This document shows, in pieces, positions 1 through 10,098 of a stretch of DNA of 64,000 bases. The number at the start of each line of letters is the position of its first letter. Position 1 is the stretch's first letter. A model generated the notes under the pieces. That model was not told the DNA's origin and did no database searches. It saw only the letters and a program-made list of their open reading frames with translations. Made by a program: the position numbers and the translations under genes. Origin of the DNA: Myxococcota bacterium (GTDB taxonomy: Bacteria > Myxococcota_A > UBA796 > UBA2385); assembly GCA_044344255.1 (NCBI GenBank), contig JBIJDH010000023.1, forward strand, positions 32,001-96,000. The letters are read 5' to 3'.

Positions 1-2
1 CG

Positions 3-908
3 GGCGACGTCGATGGTGACGGCCAGGACGACCTCCTCGTCGGCGCCTGGGGGGTGGACAGCGGGGGCGACCTGCGGGGCGCCGTCTACCTCGTCTACGG
101 CCCGGCCGACGCGGGGGGCTCCTTGTCCGCCGCCCCCCGCTGGACCGGGAAGAGCGACCTCGACTACCTCGGCCAGCGGCGGAGCCTGTCGGGCGCCGAC
201 TTCGACGGCGACGGCCTCGCCGACCTCGCGATGGGGGCCTTCGGCTACTCCGTGTCCCGCGACCGCCAGGGGGTGGTCTACGTGCTCTCGGGGGAGGCCG
301 ACCGGCTCACCGGCGGCGTCAGCGCCGAGTCGGAGGCCACGAGCGTGCTCGTCGGCACCGAGGCGGGCACCGAGACCCAATTCGGCATGGCGGTCTCGGC
401 CGTGGGTGACCTCAACGCCGACGGCTTCGCCGACCTCGCCGTGGGCGGGCCCTACTACGAGACTGGCACCGGCGAGGGCGGCGCCGCCTGGGTCTTCTTC
501 GGCCCCCTGCCCGCGGGACGGGTCACCGCCGACGAGGCGGAGCTCGTCTTCCTCGGCGCCAACCAGTGGGACTACACGGGCTCAGACCTCGCGGGGGCGG
601 GCGACATTGACGGCGACGGGCACGACGAGCTGGTCGTCGGCGCCCCGGGCTACGACCTCTCGGTCACCACCACCGCCGCGGGCGCGGCCTGCGTGATCTA
701 CGGGGCCGCTGACCTGTCGGGCACGCGCAGCGCCTTTGACGGCGACCACGACCTGCGCGTGAGCGGCGGGGCCCGCGACGACGAGCTGGGAGCGGCGGTC
801 GCCGGGGCCGACCTCGACGGCGACGGCCAGAGCGACCTCCTCCTCGGCGCGCCGGGCACCGCCGAGTACCTCGGCGGCGTCTACCTGTTCCGCGGCGGCC
901 TCGAGTGA
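3..908 (+). CDS. FG-GAP (integrin alpha-type beta-propeller) repeat protein, C-terminal part (5' partial)
   Basis: The frame is open from position 3 (GDVDGDGQDDLLVGAW...). It has repeated DxDGDGxxDLxxGA and GAVYL motifs and ends GGVYLFRGGLE*. Confidence 0.85.
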   Translation, partial: GDVDGDGQDDLLVGAWGVDSGGDLRGAVYLVYGPADAGGSLSAAPRWTGKSDLDYLGQRRSLSGADFDGDGLADLAMGAFGYSVSRDRQGVVYVLSGEADRLTGGVSAESEATSVLVGTEAGTETQFGMAVSAVGDLNADGFADLAVGGPYYETGTGEGGAAWVFFGPLPAGRVTADEAELVFLGANQWDYTGSDLAGAGDIDGDGHDELVVGAPGYDLSVTTTAAGAACVIYGAADLSGTRSAFDGDHDLRVSGGARDDELGAAVAGADLDGDGQSDLLLGAPGTAEYLGGVYLFRGGLE

Positions 909-938
909 GCCCCGCCGCGGTGGTCGCCTACCCGTAGA

Positions 939-2693
939 CTACTCGTAGACGACGGCCCAGGAGCGCATTTCGATGTTGCCGGAGCCGTCGGCGGGCGTGC
1001 GGCCGTCCTGGGTGGCGCTGTAGGTGAAGGAGGCCGTGCTGCCGGCGGGGGCCTCGGCCGTCACGTCGACGACGTAGGGATCGACCTGCCGGCCCGGGCA
1101 CCAGCCGCCGCGGCCGTACCACCAGGTGCCGGGCTGGTTGGGCGTGGTGCCGCTGCTCACCGTGCGCTCGCAGCCACGCGAGGTGCCCGCCACGTCAAAG
1201 TCGAGGGTGTTCGTGGTGCCGCCGACCGTGAAGCTGTGCTCCTGGCCGCAGAACTCGGCACAATTGTTGGTCTCCATCCCGTGGCCGGTGATGATCGCGA
1301 CGACATCGACCTTCTTGGCGTCCGGCGAGACCTCGACCTCCACGGCCGCTCGGTCATTGTAGGTCGAGCCGAAGGCCCCGCCCTGAAACAGCGGCCAGGC
1401 GGCGACGGGGCGCATCCCCTTGCCCTGGTTCGAGAGGCGGAGATCGACGGTGATGCCCGTGGGCTGCGTGTTCCAGGAGGGGGCCCAGGAGTAGCGGACG
1501 GTTCGCGTTCCGCCCTCCTGGAGCCAGGCCAGCGCGTGGGTGGCGTCGACCACCCACTCCGTCTCCCGGTGATAGGACGTGATGAAGCGGCCGAACTCGA
1601 GCCAGGTCTCTGTCGCCTCGTCCCAGAGCCAGAGCTCGGCGATGTAGTCCCAGGCACCGCAGTTGCCGGGCTCGGCCTTGTCGCGGTCGGGGCACTCCAT
1701 CAGGACGTCGATCTCCAGCGTGTCGAAGCTGGCCATCGTGGCGCCGTCGGGGAGGGTCAGGGTGCCGTCGACGTACTCGGCGTAGACCTCGCCCCCGAAG
1801 ATCGGCACCACGGTGGCGCCGTCGCCCGCGAGGCGCGCGGCCCGCTCGTGCTGGTAGTTGAAGTAGGTGGCCTCGTGGGCCACCGGATAGAGGTGCGTCT
1901 CGTAGGGCCACTCGCCCTCGGCGGAGAGGTCGGCGTCATAGTCGATGACCGACGCCATGTGACCCACCCCGCGCAGCTTCTGACCGCGGTCAATCCCGAA
2001 GCCATAGACCCCGACGTCGCTCGAGAGCATGTCGGAGACGAGCCCGTCGAATTCACCGGGCGCCCCCCGGACCACGTGCAGGCGGCTCGACCACCAGTCC
2101 CGATCGGCCTCGTCCATGTCGAGCAGCAGCTCGTCGATCGAGCTGTCCATCAGGGCCTCCTGCTCCCCCATGTCTCCCCAGTAGTCGGTGCCGATCACGA
2201 AGAAGTAGTGGACGTTGAGCGGTGACTCGTCAATCAGCTTGTCGAGACGGGTGTCGAACCAGCTCCGGGTGTCGAGCGAGGAGACGGGGAACCAGTTGGG
2301 GACGAAGAGGTAGCTGTCGCAGCCCGACCACTGCTCGGAGAGGGTCCAGGTGGTGCCGTCGGTCAGGGGGACGCTGAGGTCGCCTGCGGGCTGGCGGCGC
2401 TGCATCGCGCTCGGGGCGGTGGGATCAAAGGGGAGGGAGTCGAGGCCGAGGGTGGTGCAGGCCTCGGTGGGGTCGGGATCGGGCTCGGGCTCTCCGGTGT
2501 CGCCGCCGCCATCGCTGCCGTCGCTGCCGTCGCTGCCATCGCTGCCATCGCTGCCCCCGCTGTCATCGGTGGGGTCTGCGCCGTCGCCGCCGCCGCCGTC
2601 GCCCTTGTCGGACCCGCCTTCTCCCGAGCAGGCGAGGAGCAGGGCGAGCAGGGGAGACAGTCGCATCGAGCGGAGCGCGGCGGGGTGGTTCAC
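939..2693 (-). CDS. Peptide-N-glycosidase F-related lipoprotein
   Basis: Lipobox LLAC, then an (SDG)n linker. PNGase F-family motifs: CGAWDY, EFGRFITSY, ITGHG..NCAEFC, GTWWYGRGGWCPG. Start is GTG 2693 (AGGTGA upstream) or ATG 2666. Confidence 0.75.
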   Translation of the reverse strand: MNHPAALRSMRLSPLLALLLACSGEGGSDKGDGGGGDGADPTDDSGGSDGSDGSDGSDGSDGGGDTGEPEPDPDPTEACTTLGLDSLPFDPTAPSAMQRRQPAGDLSVPLTDGTTWTLSEQWSGCDSYLFVPNWFPVSSLDTRSWFDTRLDKLIDESPLNVHYFFVIGTDYWGDMGEQEALMDSSIDELLLDMDEADRDWWSSRLHVVRGAPGEFDGLVSDMLSSDVGVYGFGIDRGQKLRGVGHMASVIDYDADLSAEGEWPYETHLYPVAHEATYFNYQHERAARLAGDGATVVPIFGGEVYAEYVDGTLTLPDGATMASFDTLEIDVLMECPDRDKAEPGNCGAWDYIAELWLWDEATETWLEFGRFITSYHRETEWVVDATHALAWLQEGGTRTVRYSWAPSWNTQPTGITVDLRLSNQGKGMRPVAAWPLFQGGAFGSTYNDRAAVEVEVSPDAKKVDVVAIITGHGMETNNCAEFCGQEHSFTVGGTTNTLDFDVAGTSRGCERTVSSGTTPNQPGTWWYGRGGWCPGRQVDPYVVDVTAEAPAGSTASFTYSATQDGRTPADGSGNIEMRSWAVVYE

Positions 2694-2761
2694 GGGGTCA
2701 CCTGGAGTGGGGGGCCCGCAATATACCCGGACCGCGGTGCGGCGCCGCGCTACGCTGTCAG

Positions 2762-3571
2762 ATGCGCGTTCATCATCTCGACTGTGGGACCCTCTGTCCG
2801 CGGGCGGCCCGCTGGGTCACCGCGCCCTCCGACCACATGGTGGCGCACGTCCTGCTCGTCGAGACCGACCGCGGGCTGGTCCTCATTGACGCCGGCTTCA
2901 GCCTCGCCGACGTCGCGCGCCCCGGGCGGGTGATGCCCTGGCTCTTCCGCGCGGCGGCGCGGCCGCGGCTTGACCCCGAGCAGGCCGCGGTCCACCAGGT
3001 GCGCCGCCTCGGCTTCCGCCCCGAGGACGTGCGCCACATCGTGCTCACCCACATGGACTACGACCACCTCGGGGGCATCGGTGACTTCCCGTGGGCGAAG
3101 GTGCATGTCTTCGCGGGGGAGCACACGGCCGCGCTCGCCCCCCAGACCTTGCTCGATCGGACGCGCTACCGCCCGATCCAGTGGGCGCACGGGCCGGACT
3201 GGGCCCTCCACGGCATCGGCGGCGCGCCCTGGGAGGGCTTCTCCTGCGTGCGCGACCTCCCGGGCCTCCCGCCCGAGATCTTGATGGTGCCGCTGCCCGG
3301 GCACACGCTCGGCCACTGCGCTGTCGCCGTCGCGTGGGGCGAGGGCTGGCTCGTGCACGCCGGAGACGCGTACTTCCACCAGGCCCAGCTCGGGCCGAGC
3401 CCCTCGAGCACCCCCGTCGGCGCGCAGGTCTTTGAGTGGGGCGTGGCCACCGATCGAGAGAAGCAGCAGGCGAACCTCTCGCGCCTGCGGGCCTTCGCGC
3501 TCGGCAACAAGGGCCGCATCCGGGTCTTCTGCGCTCACGACGCCGCTGAGTTCGAGGCCCTCCGGAGCTGA
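2762..3571 (+). CDS. Metallo-beta-lactamase fold hydrolase
   Basis: LIDAG, THMDYDH (HxxxDH variant of HxHxDH), PGHTLGH, AGDA and a C-terminal CAHD. Confidence 0.9.
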   Translation: MRVHHLDCGTLCPRAARWVTAPSDHMVAHVLLVETDRGLVLIDAGFSLADVARPGRVMPWLFRAAARPRLDPEQAAVHQVRRLGFRPEDVRHIVLTHMDYDHLGGIGDFPWAKVHVFAGEHTAALAPQTLLDRTRYRPIQWAHGPDWALHGIGGAPWEGFSCVRDLPGLPPEILMVPLPGHTLGHCAVAVAWGEGWLVHAGDAYFHQAQLGPSPSSTPVGAQVFEWGVATDREKQQANLSRLRAFALGNKGRIRVFCAHDAAEFEALRS

Positions 3572-5262
3572 TAGTCGAGCTCCACACAGGCGATCCCGAA
3601 GAGGGAGAGCGTGTGGGTCGCCACGAGCTCCGCCCCCCCGGTCGTTCCCGAAGCCGAGCGCGGCCCCGGCCCGATCTCGAGCCGCTCCGAGACCGGCAGG
3701 CGGAAGGGTCCGAGGGGCGTGTCGAGGAAGATGCCCTCGGCGAGTGCGTCTTCGGGGTGGGAGCGCAGCGTCATCGCCCCGCCCGGGGCCCCCTCGGGGC
3801 GGAGCAGGGCCACCATCGCCGCGCCGGGGAGGGGCAGCACGACGACCATCAAGGGGCGCCCCCCCGCGGCGGTGGTGGCGTAGAGGGCGATGAACATCGG
3901 CCGGCCGTCGGCGTGGCCGCGCTCATAGATGCGGGCGTCGAGGAGCGCGCCGGTCGAGCCCGGGCGGGCGGCGGCGATGCGGAGGGTCACGGGCTGCCAG
4001 GCGCCGCCCTGGTCGGTGGGCAAGGACAGGTTCCCGATAGAGCCCATCCCGCGGGCATAGGCCCTCCCGGCGAGGCCGAGGCCCCGGCGCCACCGAGGCC
4101 GCACCGACAGGGCCCACTCGCTCGTGCGCTCGTAGAACTCCCGCACTGGCGGACAGACCTCGGCGGCGGAGAAGCCCGGCTGGTCGAGGTCGGAGAGGCG
4201 GTCGAGCTGGCCCGGGGGAGGGGGCCGCTGGGGGTCGGCCACGCCGGCCCGCTCAAACCAGCCCCAGCCGACCCGCCGGGCCCAGGGGAGCCCGGTCGCG
4301 GGGAGCCCGAGCGGCGGCCGGGAGACGGGCGGGGGATCGAGGGCCCGGCCGAGCAGGCCGAGGAGCACGAAGCCGAGCGCGTTGACGGCCCCGTGGGCGT
4401 GCAGCATGTCGACCATGTGGGGGCGGGCGAGGCCGAGGCCGCGCGCGGCCCCCCAGGCGGCGGCGAGGCCCATGCCCCAGAGCAGGCAGAGCGCCGACAG
4501 GGCGAGGAGGGGGCGGGACAGGGGGCGGGACAGGGGGCGGCCGCCGCGGACGGCCTCCCGGAGCTGGCCGAGGGCGGCGAGGCTGGCCGCCAGCGCCATG
4601 AAGGTGGCGGCGGCCCACTCGGCGGCGCGGTGGTCGGTGAGCTGAGAGGCGACGAGGCCGGCGGCGACGACGCCCATGCCGGCGAGCAGCGCGATGGCCA
4701 GCGGGCGGGAGCCGCCGCTGCGGCGGGCGGCGAGGCCAGCGAGCAGGGGGAGGCCGAAGCCCGCATAGTGAAAGTGGACGGCGGTGAGCCTCACCAGCAG
4801 GGGATCGTAGCCGAGGGGGCGGAGCCCCGCGCGGTCGGCCAGGGTCCAGGCGCCGCCGACCAGGAGGAAGGCGCAGCCCCCTGACTCGAGCAGCGTGGCG
4901 GGGTCGCGCAGGCCGTGGAAGGCGAGCTGACGGAGGCCCCACAGGCTGAGCGCGACCGTCACCGCCGCCCAAGGCAGGGCGAGGGCGAGGGCCAGGGGAC
5001 CGCGCTCCAGCAGGAGCGCGAGGCCGAGGAGGAGGGCCGCAGGGTCGAGGGCGCGCCGGGCCTGTCGGTGGAGGGGGTGCGGGGCCCCGTCCGCCTCCGG
5101 CCCGTGCAGCAGCGGGACGCCGAGCGGGAGGACGACGAGGGCGGCGAGCAGGAGCAGGGCGGCGGGGAGGTCGAGCCCGCCCAGGCGCACGAAGGCGAGC
5201 GTCAGCAGGGCCCCGAGGAGGAGCCCTGCGAGGGAGGGCGGCGCGGGCGGGCGCGCGCTCAC
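3535..5262 (-). CDS. YndJ-like multi-pass membrane protein with soluble C-terminal domain
   Basis: About 9-10 hydrophobic segments, with YndJ-type motifs LTAVHFHYAGF and HGAVNALGF. The GTG start overlaps the upstream stop (GTGA). Confidence 0.7.
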   Translation of the reverse strand: MSARPPAPPSLAGLLLGALLTLAFVRLGGLDLPAALLLLAALVVLPLGVPLLHGPEADGAPHPLHRQARRALDPAALLLGLALLLERGPLALALALPWAAVTVALSLWGLRQLAFHGLRDPATLLESGGCAFLLVGGAWTLADRAGLRPLGYDPLLVRLTAVHFHYAGFGLPLLAGLAARRSGGSRPLAIALLAGMGVVAAGLVASQLTDHRAAEWAAATFMALAASLAALGQLREAVRGGRPLSRPLSRPLLALSALCLLWGMGLAAAWGAARGLGLARPHMVDMLHAHGAVNALGFVLLGLLGRALDPPPVSRPPLGLPATGLPWARRVGWGWFERAGVADPQRPPPPGQLDRLSDLDQPGFSAAEVCPPVREFYERTSEWALSVRPRWRRGLGLAGRAYARGMGSIGNLSLPTDQGGAWQPVTLRIAAARPGSTGALLDARIYERGHADGRPMFIALYATTAAGGRPLMVVVLPLPGAAMVALLRPEGAPGGAMTLRSHPEDALAEGIFLDTPLGPFRLPVSERLEIGPGPRSASGTTGGAELVATHTLSLFGIACVELDYQLRRASNSAAS

Positions 5263-6671
5263 AGGCCGGGGAGCGGCCCCTCGGGCATGTCGTCGGCGAC
5301 GGTGCCGAAGCTCGTGTCGGCCTCCCCCAGGAGCTGGAGCACGCTCGTGAAGAGCTGGTTGGTGGTGGCGGTGGCGTCGAGGTAGCCGCCCATCGCCTCG
5401 ACGTCTTCGACGGTGCCCGACATGAAGTCGAGCCAGCGCCCGCCGCGGTCCCCGACCCCGCCGGCGAGCACCGCCGGCAGGTTGCGCGTCCAGTGCCGGC
5501 CGGAGCTGAACTCGGGCATCCAGAGGACGAGGCTGGTGTCGAGGAGGTTGTCGCCGTCCTCGTCCTGGGCGGCGTCCATGCGGGTGAGCAGGTCAGCGAA
5601 CATCGAGAGGTACCAGCGATAGACCCACTCCATCCCAGACTGGTAGTCGGCGTGCACCATCGCGTGCCAGTTGTCCCATTCGCCCGGCACCACGATCGGG
5701 CCGCCGTTGGCGCCCCAGAGCCACTCGAAGCTGTGATCGTGGCTGTTGGCGAAGGAGACGGTGGCCACGCGCGTGAGCCCACAGGACAGGGCCGTGCAAA
5801 GAATGTCATTGAGGATGGGCGCCGAGACGTCGTCGTCCCAGGAGAAGTCGTAGCCGGTGGGGGTGCTGAAGGTGGGGGCGTTACACTCGCCGAGGCCGGC
5901 GGTGATACGCGCCTCGAGCTCGCTCACCTTCTGGAGGTGGGCCTGGAGGCGGTCCCGGCCGGCGCCGTCGAGGTGTCGGTTCATCTCCTTGAACTGGCCC
6001 ATCACGGCGTCGAGCACGCTGCTGCGGCGGGCGCGCAGGGCCCAGGCGTCGGCCGGCGACAGGCTGGCGTCGCCGAAGATCCGCGCCACGGCGACGAAGG
6101 GGTCGTTGTAACCCTGGACGGGGTCATAGGGGCCGTAGAAGAAGCGCTCGGAGGTGGAGAAGCCCTCGCCGGCGCTGCCGCCCACCACGAAGTCGAGGCG
6201 GTTGTAAGGAGAGAGGCCGGCGAAGCGCTCGGCCACCACCTGCTCGAGGGTGGGGCCCGCCGCGGTGAGGAGCGCGGAGTCCTGCACGTAGAAGGGCCGC
6301 CCCGTGAAGAGCGTGAGGTTGGCGCCGTCGTGGGCGTTGCCGACGGTGTTGAAGTTCGGCGCCCGGTTGTCGAGGCCGGTGATGACGGTCATCCGGTCGC
6401 GGAAGGGCTCCAGCGGCTCGAGGATGAAGGGCAGGGAGAAGCTCGTCTCGGAGCCGGTGGGCACGGTCTCGGAGAGGACGGTACCCTGCGCGGTGTTCAC
6501 GATGACGAGGCGCTTGATGCCCGGGCCGAGCCCGGTGTCGGCGCGGGCCACCGCGCTGCGAAAGAGGGGGAGGAGCCCCGCGGCGACCCCGCCGCCGAGC
6601 AGGGCGCGCCGCGAGGGGGCGCCCCGAGGGGGGCGGCCGGCGTGGGAGAGGGGCGGGCGGCGGGCGCTCAC
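5259..6671 (-). CDS. DUF1552 (HXXSHH-family) protein, Tat-exported
   Basis: Twin-arginine SRRALL signal, LEPLEPFR..TVITGL, SVLDAV..L..HL..V.ELE, ALSCGLTRVA, NLLDTSLVLW..E...GRH. Lies directly downstream of a DUF1592 gene. Confidence 0.85.
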   Translation of the reverse strand: MSARRPPLSHAGRPPRGAPSRRALLGGGVAAGLLPLFRSAVARADTGLGPGIKRLVIVNTAQGTVLSETVPTGSETSFSLPFILEPLEPFRDRMTVITGLDNRAPNFNTVGNAHDGANLTLFTGRPFYVQDSALLTAAGPTLEQVVAERFAGLSPYNRLDFVVGGSAGEGFSTSERFFYGPYDPVQGYNDPFVAVARIFGDASLSPADAWALRARRSSVLDAVMGQFKEMNRHLDGAGRDRLQAHLQKVSELEARITAGLGECNAPTFSTPTGYDFSWDDDVSAPILNDILCTALSCGLTRVATVSFANSHDHSFEWLWGANGGPIVVPGEWDNWHAMVHADYQSGMEWVYRWYLSMFADLLTRMDAAQDEDGDNLLDTSLVLWMPEFSSGRHWTRNLPAVLAGGVGDRGGRWLDFMSGTVEDVEAMGGYLDATATTNQLFTSVLQLLGEADTSFGTVADDMPEGPLPGL

Positions 6672-8695
6672 GGTGTCACCTCGTGGGGGGCGCGGGCTCG
6701 GAAGGCGTCGGTGAGGGTGATGTCGACCATCAGGCCGCGGAGGTCGCCGCCGCTCGCCTGGAAGCGGCTCGAGAGCTCACGCAGGGTGCAGGCGTCCTCG
6801 GCCTCGGCCGCCCTCCCGACCGCGTACTCGAACCAGCGCTGGGCGTAACAGGCGCGGGCGCGGTCGCTGTCGGCGAGGAGGGCGAGGAGCTCGGCGGCGC
6901 CGTCGAATTCGCCCGCAGGGTCGTCGAAGGTGCCGGTGGCGTCGATGGGGATGCCGTCCTCCCAGGTGTCGCGCCACTCGCCGAGGGCCCCATAGTGCTC
7001 GAAGGCGAAGCCGACGGGGTCGATCCGCAGGTGGCAGCCCGAGCAGGCCTCGTCGGTCCAGTGGGCCTCGAGCTGGTCGCGCACGGTGACGATCTCGGTG
7101 TCGGTCTCGGGGAGGGTCGTGCTGACCCCCGGCGGCGGGTCGAGGGACTCGCAGAGGAGCTGCTCGAGCACGAAGGCGCCGCGGCGGACGGGCGCGCTCG
7201 CGCTCGAATAGGCGTGGGCGCTCAGCCAGCCGGCGCGGGTCAGGAGCCCGGGGCGGAGGGCGGGGTCGAGCTCAACCCGGACCCACTCGGCGCCGGGGTC
7301 GGGCAGGCCGTAGAGGGGCGCCAGATCGCTGTTCACCCAGGTGGAGCCCGAGGAGAAGAGCGCGTCGTAGGTGCCGTCGCCGAGCCAGACCACCTCGGTG
7401 GTGAAGAGGTCGGTCTCCGTCTTGAGGCTGGCCACGAGGGCGTCGTCGAAGGCCGGATAACGCGTGCTGTCCTTGGTGGCCGTGTCGAGGGCGTCGAGGT
7501 GCAGCCAGTCCTGGTGGAAACGCGCCACGACCCCGGTCATCGCCGCCCCATTGACGAGGCGGGCGGCCTCGGCGGACACCCCCTCCGGCGTGGAGAGGGC
7601 GCCCGAGGCGGCGGCGGCGCGGAGGGCCTCGTCGGGGAGGTCGTCGGTCATGAAGAAGGCGAGGCGGGCGGCGAGGGTGTCGGGATCGACGGGCACAGGC
7701 TCGGCGGCCAGGCTGGCCTCGGCGGCGCGGGGGTCGATGTAGAGGAGCTGCGGGGACTGGAGCAGCACCTCCACCCCCATTCGCACGGCGGTCTCGGGCT
7801 CGAGCCCGGCGTCGAGGAAGCGGGTGAGCAGGGCCGCCTCGGCCTCGGAGAGGGGCCGCCGGAAGCCCCGGGCCCCGCGGTCGAGCAGGAAGCGCCGGGC
7901 GCAGTCGGCCTCCGCCTCCCCGTCGGCGCAGGCGAGGGCGCTCGGATAGGCGAGGGCGGCGGCGGCGGCCTCCGCGGCGAGCTCGATCGACTCCGCCCCC
8001 GAGCCGGACACGGAATTGGAGGTGGCCCAGGTGCGAAATCCATCGCCCCGCTCGCTCTCCGGATAGAGCCCATCGGGCAGGCTGACCCCGAGCAGGGTCA
8101 ACACGACCTTTTGGAACTGGGTGTCCGTGAGGAGGCGGAGCGGGGCGGTGCCCGGGCGGACGGTGCCGTCGCAGGTGACCGGCAGCGCCACCGGCGAGGC
8201 GCAGCCGCCCGGCACCTGGAGCCGGCCGACGAGCTCGGTCATCACGGCCATCTCGGGGTCGAGGGTGTCGAAGCGCTCCCCGCCTGCGTGGCTGACCTGG
8301 CCGGTGGGCTTCAAGGTGAGGAGCCCGGCGGCGTCTTCATTCTCGGTGACGAAGGCCTGGAGGCGATCCCAATTGGTGGCCTCGGCGCTGGCCTCCCCCG
8401 CGGGGGCGAGCACCATCCGGGTGCCGGCGGCCATTCCCCCCTCGACGTGGCAGGTGAGGCAGTCCGAGAAGAGCGGGTTCGCCTGGGCGGAGAAGAACTC
8501 GGCGTCGGTGACGCAGCTCGGATCGGGATCGCCGCCCCCGTCTGCCTCCGCCCCGTCGTCGCCGTCGGAGGCGCCGTCCGTCGAGGCGGCGCCCCCCTCC
8601 TCTCTCTTCCCGCCGTCGCAGGCGATGAGCAGGGAGAGGGACAGGGAGAGGGACAGGGAGAGGGACAGGGAGAGGAGCGGGCGGGTGTCGGTCAT
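6668..8695 (-). CDS. DUF1592/DUF1588 (PSD/PSCyt) cytochrome c-like lipoprotein
   Basis: Start MTDTRP at 8695 overlaps the upstream stop (ATGA). Lipobox LIAC, CxxCH motifs CLTCH and CSGCH, plus RGFRRPL, LAARLAFF, GLLT, PVRRG, IDPVGFAFEHY. Confidence 0.85.
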   Translation of the reverse strand: MTDTRPLLSLSLSLSLSLSLSLLIACDGGKREEGGAASTDGASDGDDGAEADGGGDPDPSCVTDAEFFSAQANPLFSDCLTCHVEGGMAAGTRMVLAPAGEASAEATNWDRLQAFVTENEDAAGLLTLKPTGQVSHAGGERFDTLDPEMAVMTELVGRLQVPGGCASPVALPVTCDGTVRPGTAPLRLLTDTQFQKVVLTLLGVSLPDGLYPESERGDGFRTWATSNSVSGSGAESIELAAEAAAAALAYPSALACADGEAEADCARRFLLDRGARGFRRPLSEAEAALLTRFLDAGLEPETAVRMGVEVLLQSPQLLYIDPRAAEASLAAEPVPVDPDTLAARLAFFMTDDLPDEALRAAAASGALSTPEGVSAEAARLVNGAAMTGVVARFHQDWLHLDALDTATKDSTRYPAFDDALVASLKTETDLFTTEVVWLGDGTYDALFSSGSTWVNSDLAPLYGLPDPGAEWVRVELDPALRPGLLTRAGWLSAHAYSSASAPVRRGAFVLEQLLCESLDPPPGVSTTLPETDTEIVTVRDQLEAHWTDEACSGCHLRIDPVGFAFEHYGALGEWRDTWEDGIPIDATGTFDDPAGEFDGAAELLALLADSDRARACYAQRWFEYAVGRAAEAEDACTLRELSSRFQASGGDLRGLMVDITLTDAFRARAPHEVTP
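8630..8675. repeat. 12-bp tandem repeat (CAGGGAGAGGGA) x~3.8 encoding the LS-repeat signal peptide
   Basis: Read directly from the sequence; encodes LSLSLSLSLSLSL on the minus strand. Confidence 0.9.
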
Positions 8696-10098
8696 GGGGC
8701 CACGCTGGGGGCCGCGTCTTGGAAGCCGGGGCCGTCGTTGTCGGGGAGGATCTCGGTCCAGGTGAAGCCGCCGTCGGTGGAGCGGTGGAGGGAATTGCCG
8801 GAGCGCCCGAAGGCGAGCCGACCCACGGCCGCGATCGGGGTGACGGTGGAGGCGTTCTCGAGGTCCCAGGTGGCGCCGTCCGCCGAGCTCCAGACCTCCG
8901 CGCCGTCGCCGATGAGGAAGCGGTCTCCCGCCCAGATGACGGCGGCCCATTCGGTGTCGCCGAGGGTGGTGGCGCTCCAGCTCCGCCCGCCGTCCAGGCT
9001 CTGCTCGATGCGGCCCCCGGCCCCGACGGCGACGAAGACCCCGTCCCCGAAGGCGATGTGGTCGAGGTCGGTGTCGGCGACGGTGAGGTCGACCGTCCAG
9101 GTGAGGCCGTCTTCGGTCATCGCGCGGCGGTCGGCGCCGACGGCGACGAAGACACCGTCTCCGTAGGCGACGCCGTGCAGCGTGCTGCCGCCGAGGCTCC
9201 CGCCGGACAGCCAGGCGGCGCCGTCGGTGCTGCTGCGGAGCAGGGCGTCGCTGCCCACGACCACGTAGAGTCCGTCTCCCCAGGCGCAGTCGGCCACCCA
9301 GCCCCCGCCGTCCGTGGTCTCGGTCCAGGTGAGGGCGTCGGCGCTCTGCCAGAGGCGCCGCTCGTCGCTCCCGCCCACGCTCAACCAGCCCGCCGAGCCC
9401 GCGCAGGCGCCGCGCTGCAGCGCGTTGGTGTGGGCGACGAGCGTCTCCCAGCCGTCCACGGCCCAGGTCTCACCGTAGTCTGGGGTCATCGTCACCCGCC
9501 GCCCCTCGCCGAAGAAGGCGATGGGCAGGGGGGCGGTGACCTCGGCCGTGAGGGTGAGCGTGTAGGGGGAGCCGGGCTGGTCGTAGGGCAGGACGAAGCT
9601 GCCGCTCACGAGGCCCTCGTCGCCGGGGACAAAGGTGAGGCCGAGCTCGGCGCTCTCCCCGGGCGCGAGGTAGACCGGCGGCAGGGCGTCGAGGCTGAAG
9701 CCCTCGCCGCTGAGCCAGTCGTCGGGGTGGCCGAGGAAGCGCAGCTCGTCGTGCGTGCAGGGGTTGGTGAGCTGGAGGCGGGCGGTGAGCGGGTCAGCCT
9801 GCGCCGGCGTGCGGCCGAGGTCGAAGGAGGCGCCGCTCAAGAGGGGCTCGCCGAGCACGCTCACGGCGAGGGGCTCGGCGCAGGGGGGCGCCGTGTCGTC
9901 GGGGGGCCCGCTGTCCTCGGGGGCGTCGGAGTCGTCGGCGGGGCCGCTGTCCTCGAGATCGGCCACGCCGCTGTCGTAGGCCTCGCCGGTCTCGCCGGCC
10001 CCGTCGGTCGCGCCGCCTGCTTTTGGCCCACCCGCGGCGCCGCCCCCGCAGGCGACGGCGAACGTGAGGGTGAGAGTGAGGAGGGACCCGCCCTTCAT
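8692..10098 (-). CDS. Lipoprotein with Ig-like domain and BNR/WD40-YVTN-like beta-propeller repeats
   Basis: Start MKGGSLL (ATGA overlap), lipobox AVAC, Ig-like segment (LAPGESAELGLTF), then repeated S.DG.TW and AYGDGVFVAVG motifs. Confidence 0.75.
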   Translation of the reverse strand: MKGGSLLTLTLTFAVACGGGAAGGPKAGGATDGAGETGEAYDSGVADLEDSGPADDSDAPEDSGPPDDTAPPCAEPLAVSVLGEPLLSGASFDLGRTPAQADPLTARLQLTNPCTHDELRFLGHPDDWLSGEGFSLDALPPVYLAPGESAELGLTFVPGDEGLVSGSFVLPYDQPGSPYTLTLTAEVTAPLPIAFFGEGRRVTMTPDYGETWAVDGWETLVAHTNALQRGACAGSAGWLSVGGSDERRLWQSADALTWTETTDGGGWVADCAWGDGLYVVVGSDALLRSSTDGAAWLSGGSLGGSTLHGVAYGDGVFVAVGADRRAMTEDGLTWTVDLTVADTDLDHIAFGDGVFVAVGAGGRIEQSLDGGRSWSATTLGDTEWAAVIWAGDRFLIGDGAEVWSSADGATWDLENASTVTPIAAVGRLAFGRSGNSLHRSTDGGFTWTEILPDNDGPGFQDAAPSVAP

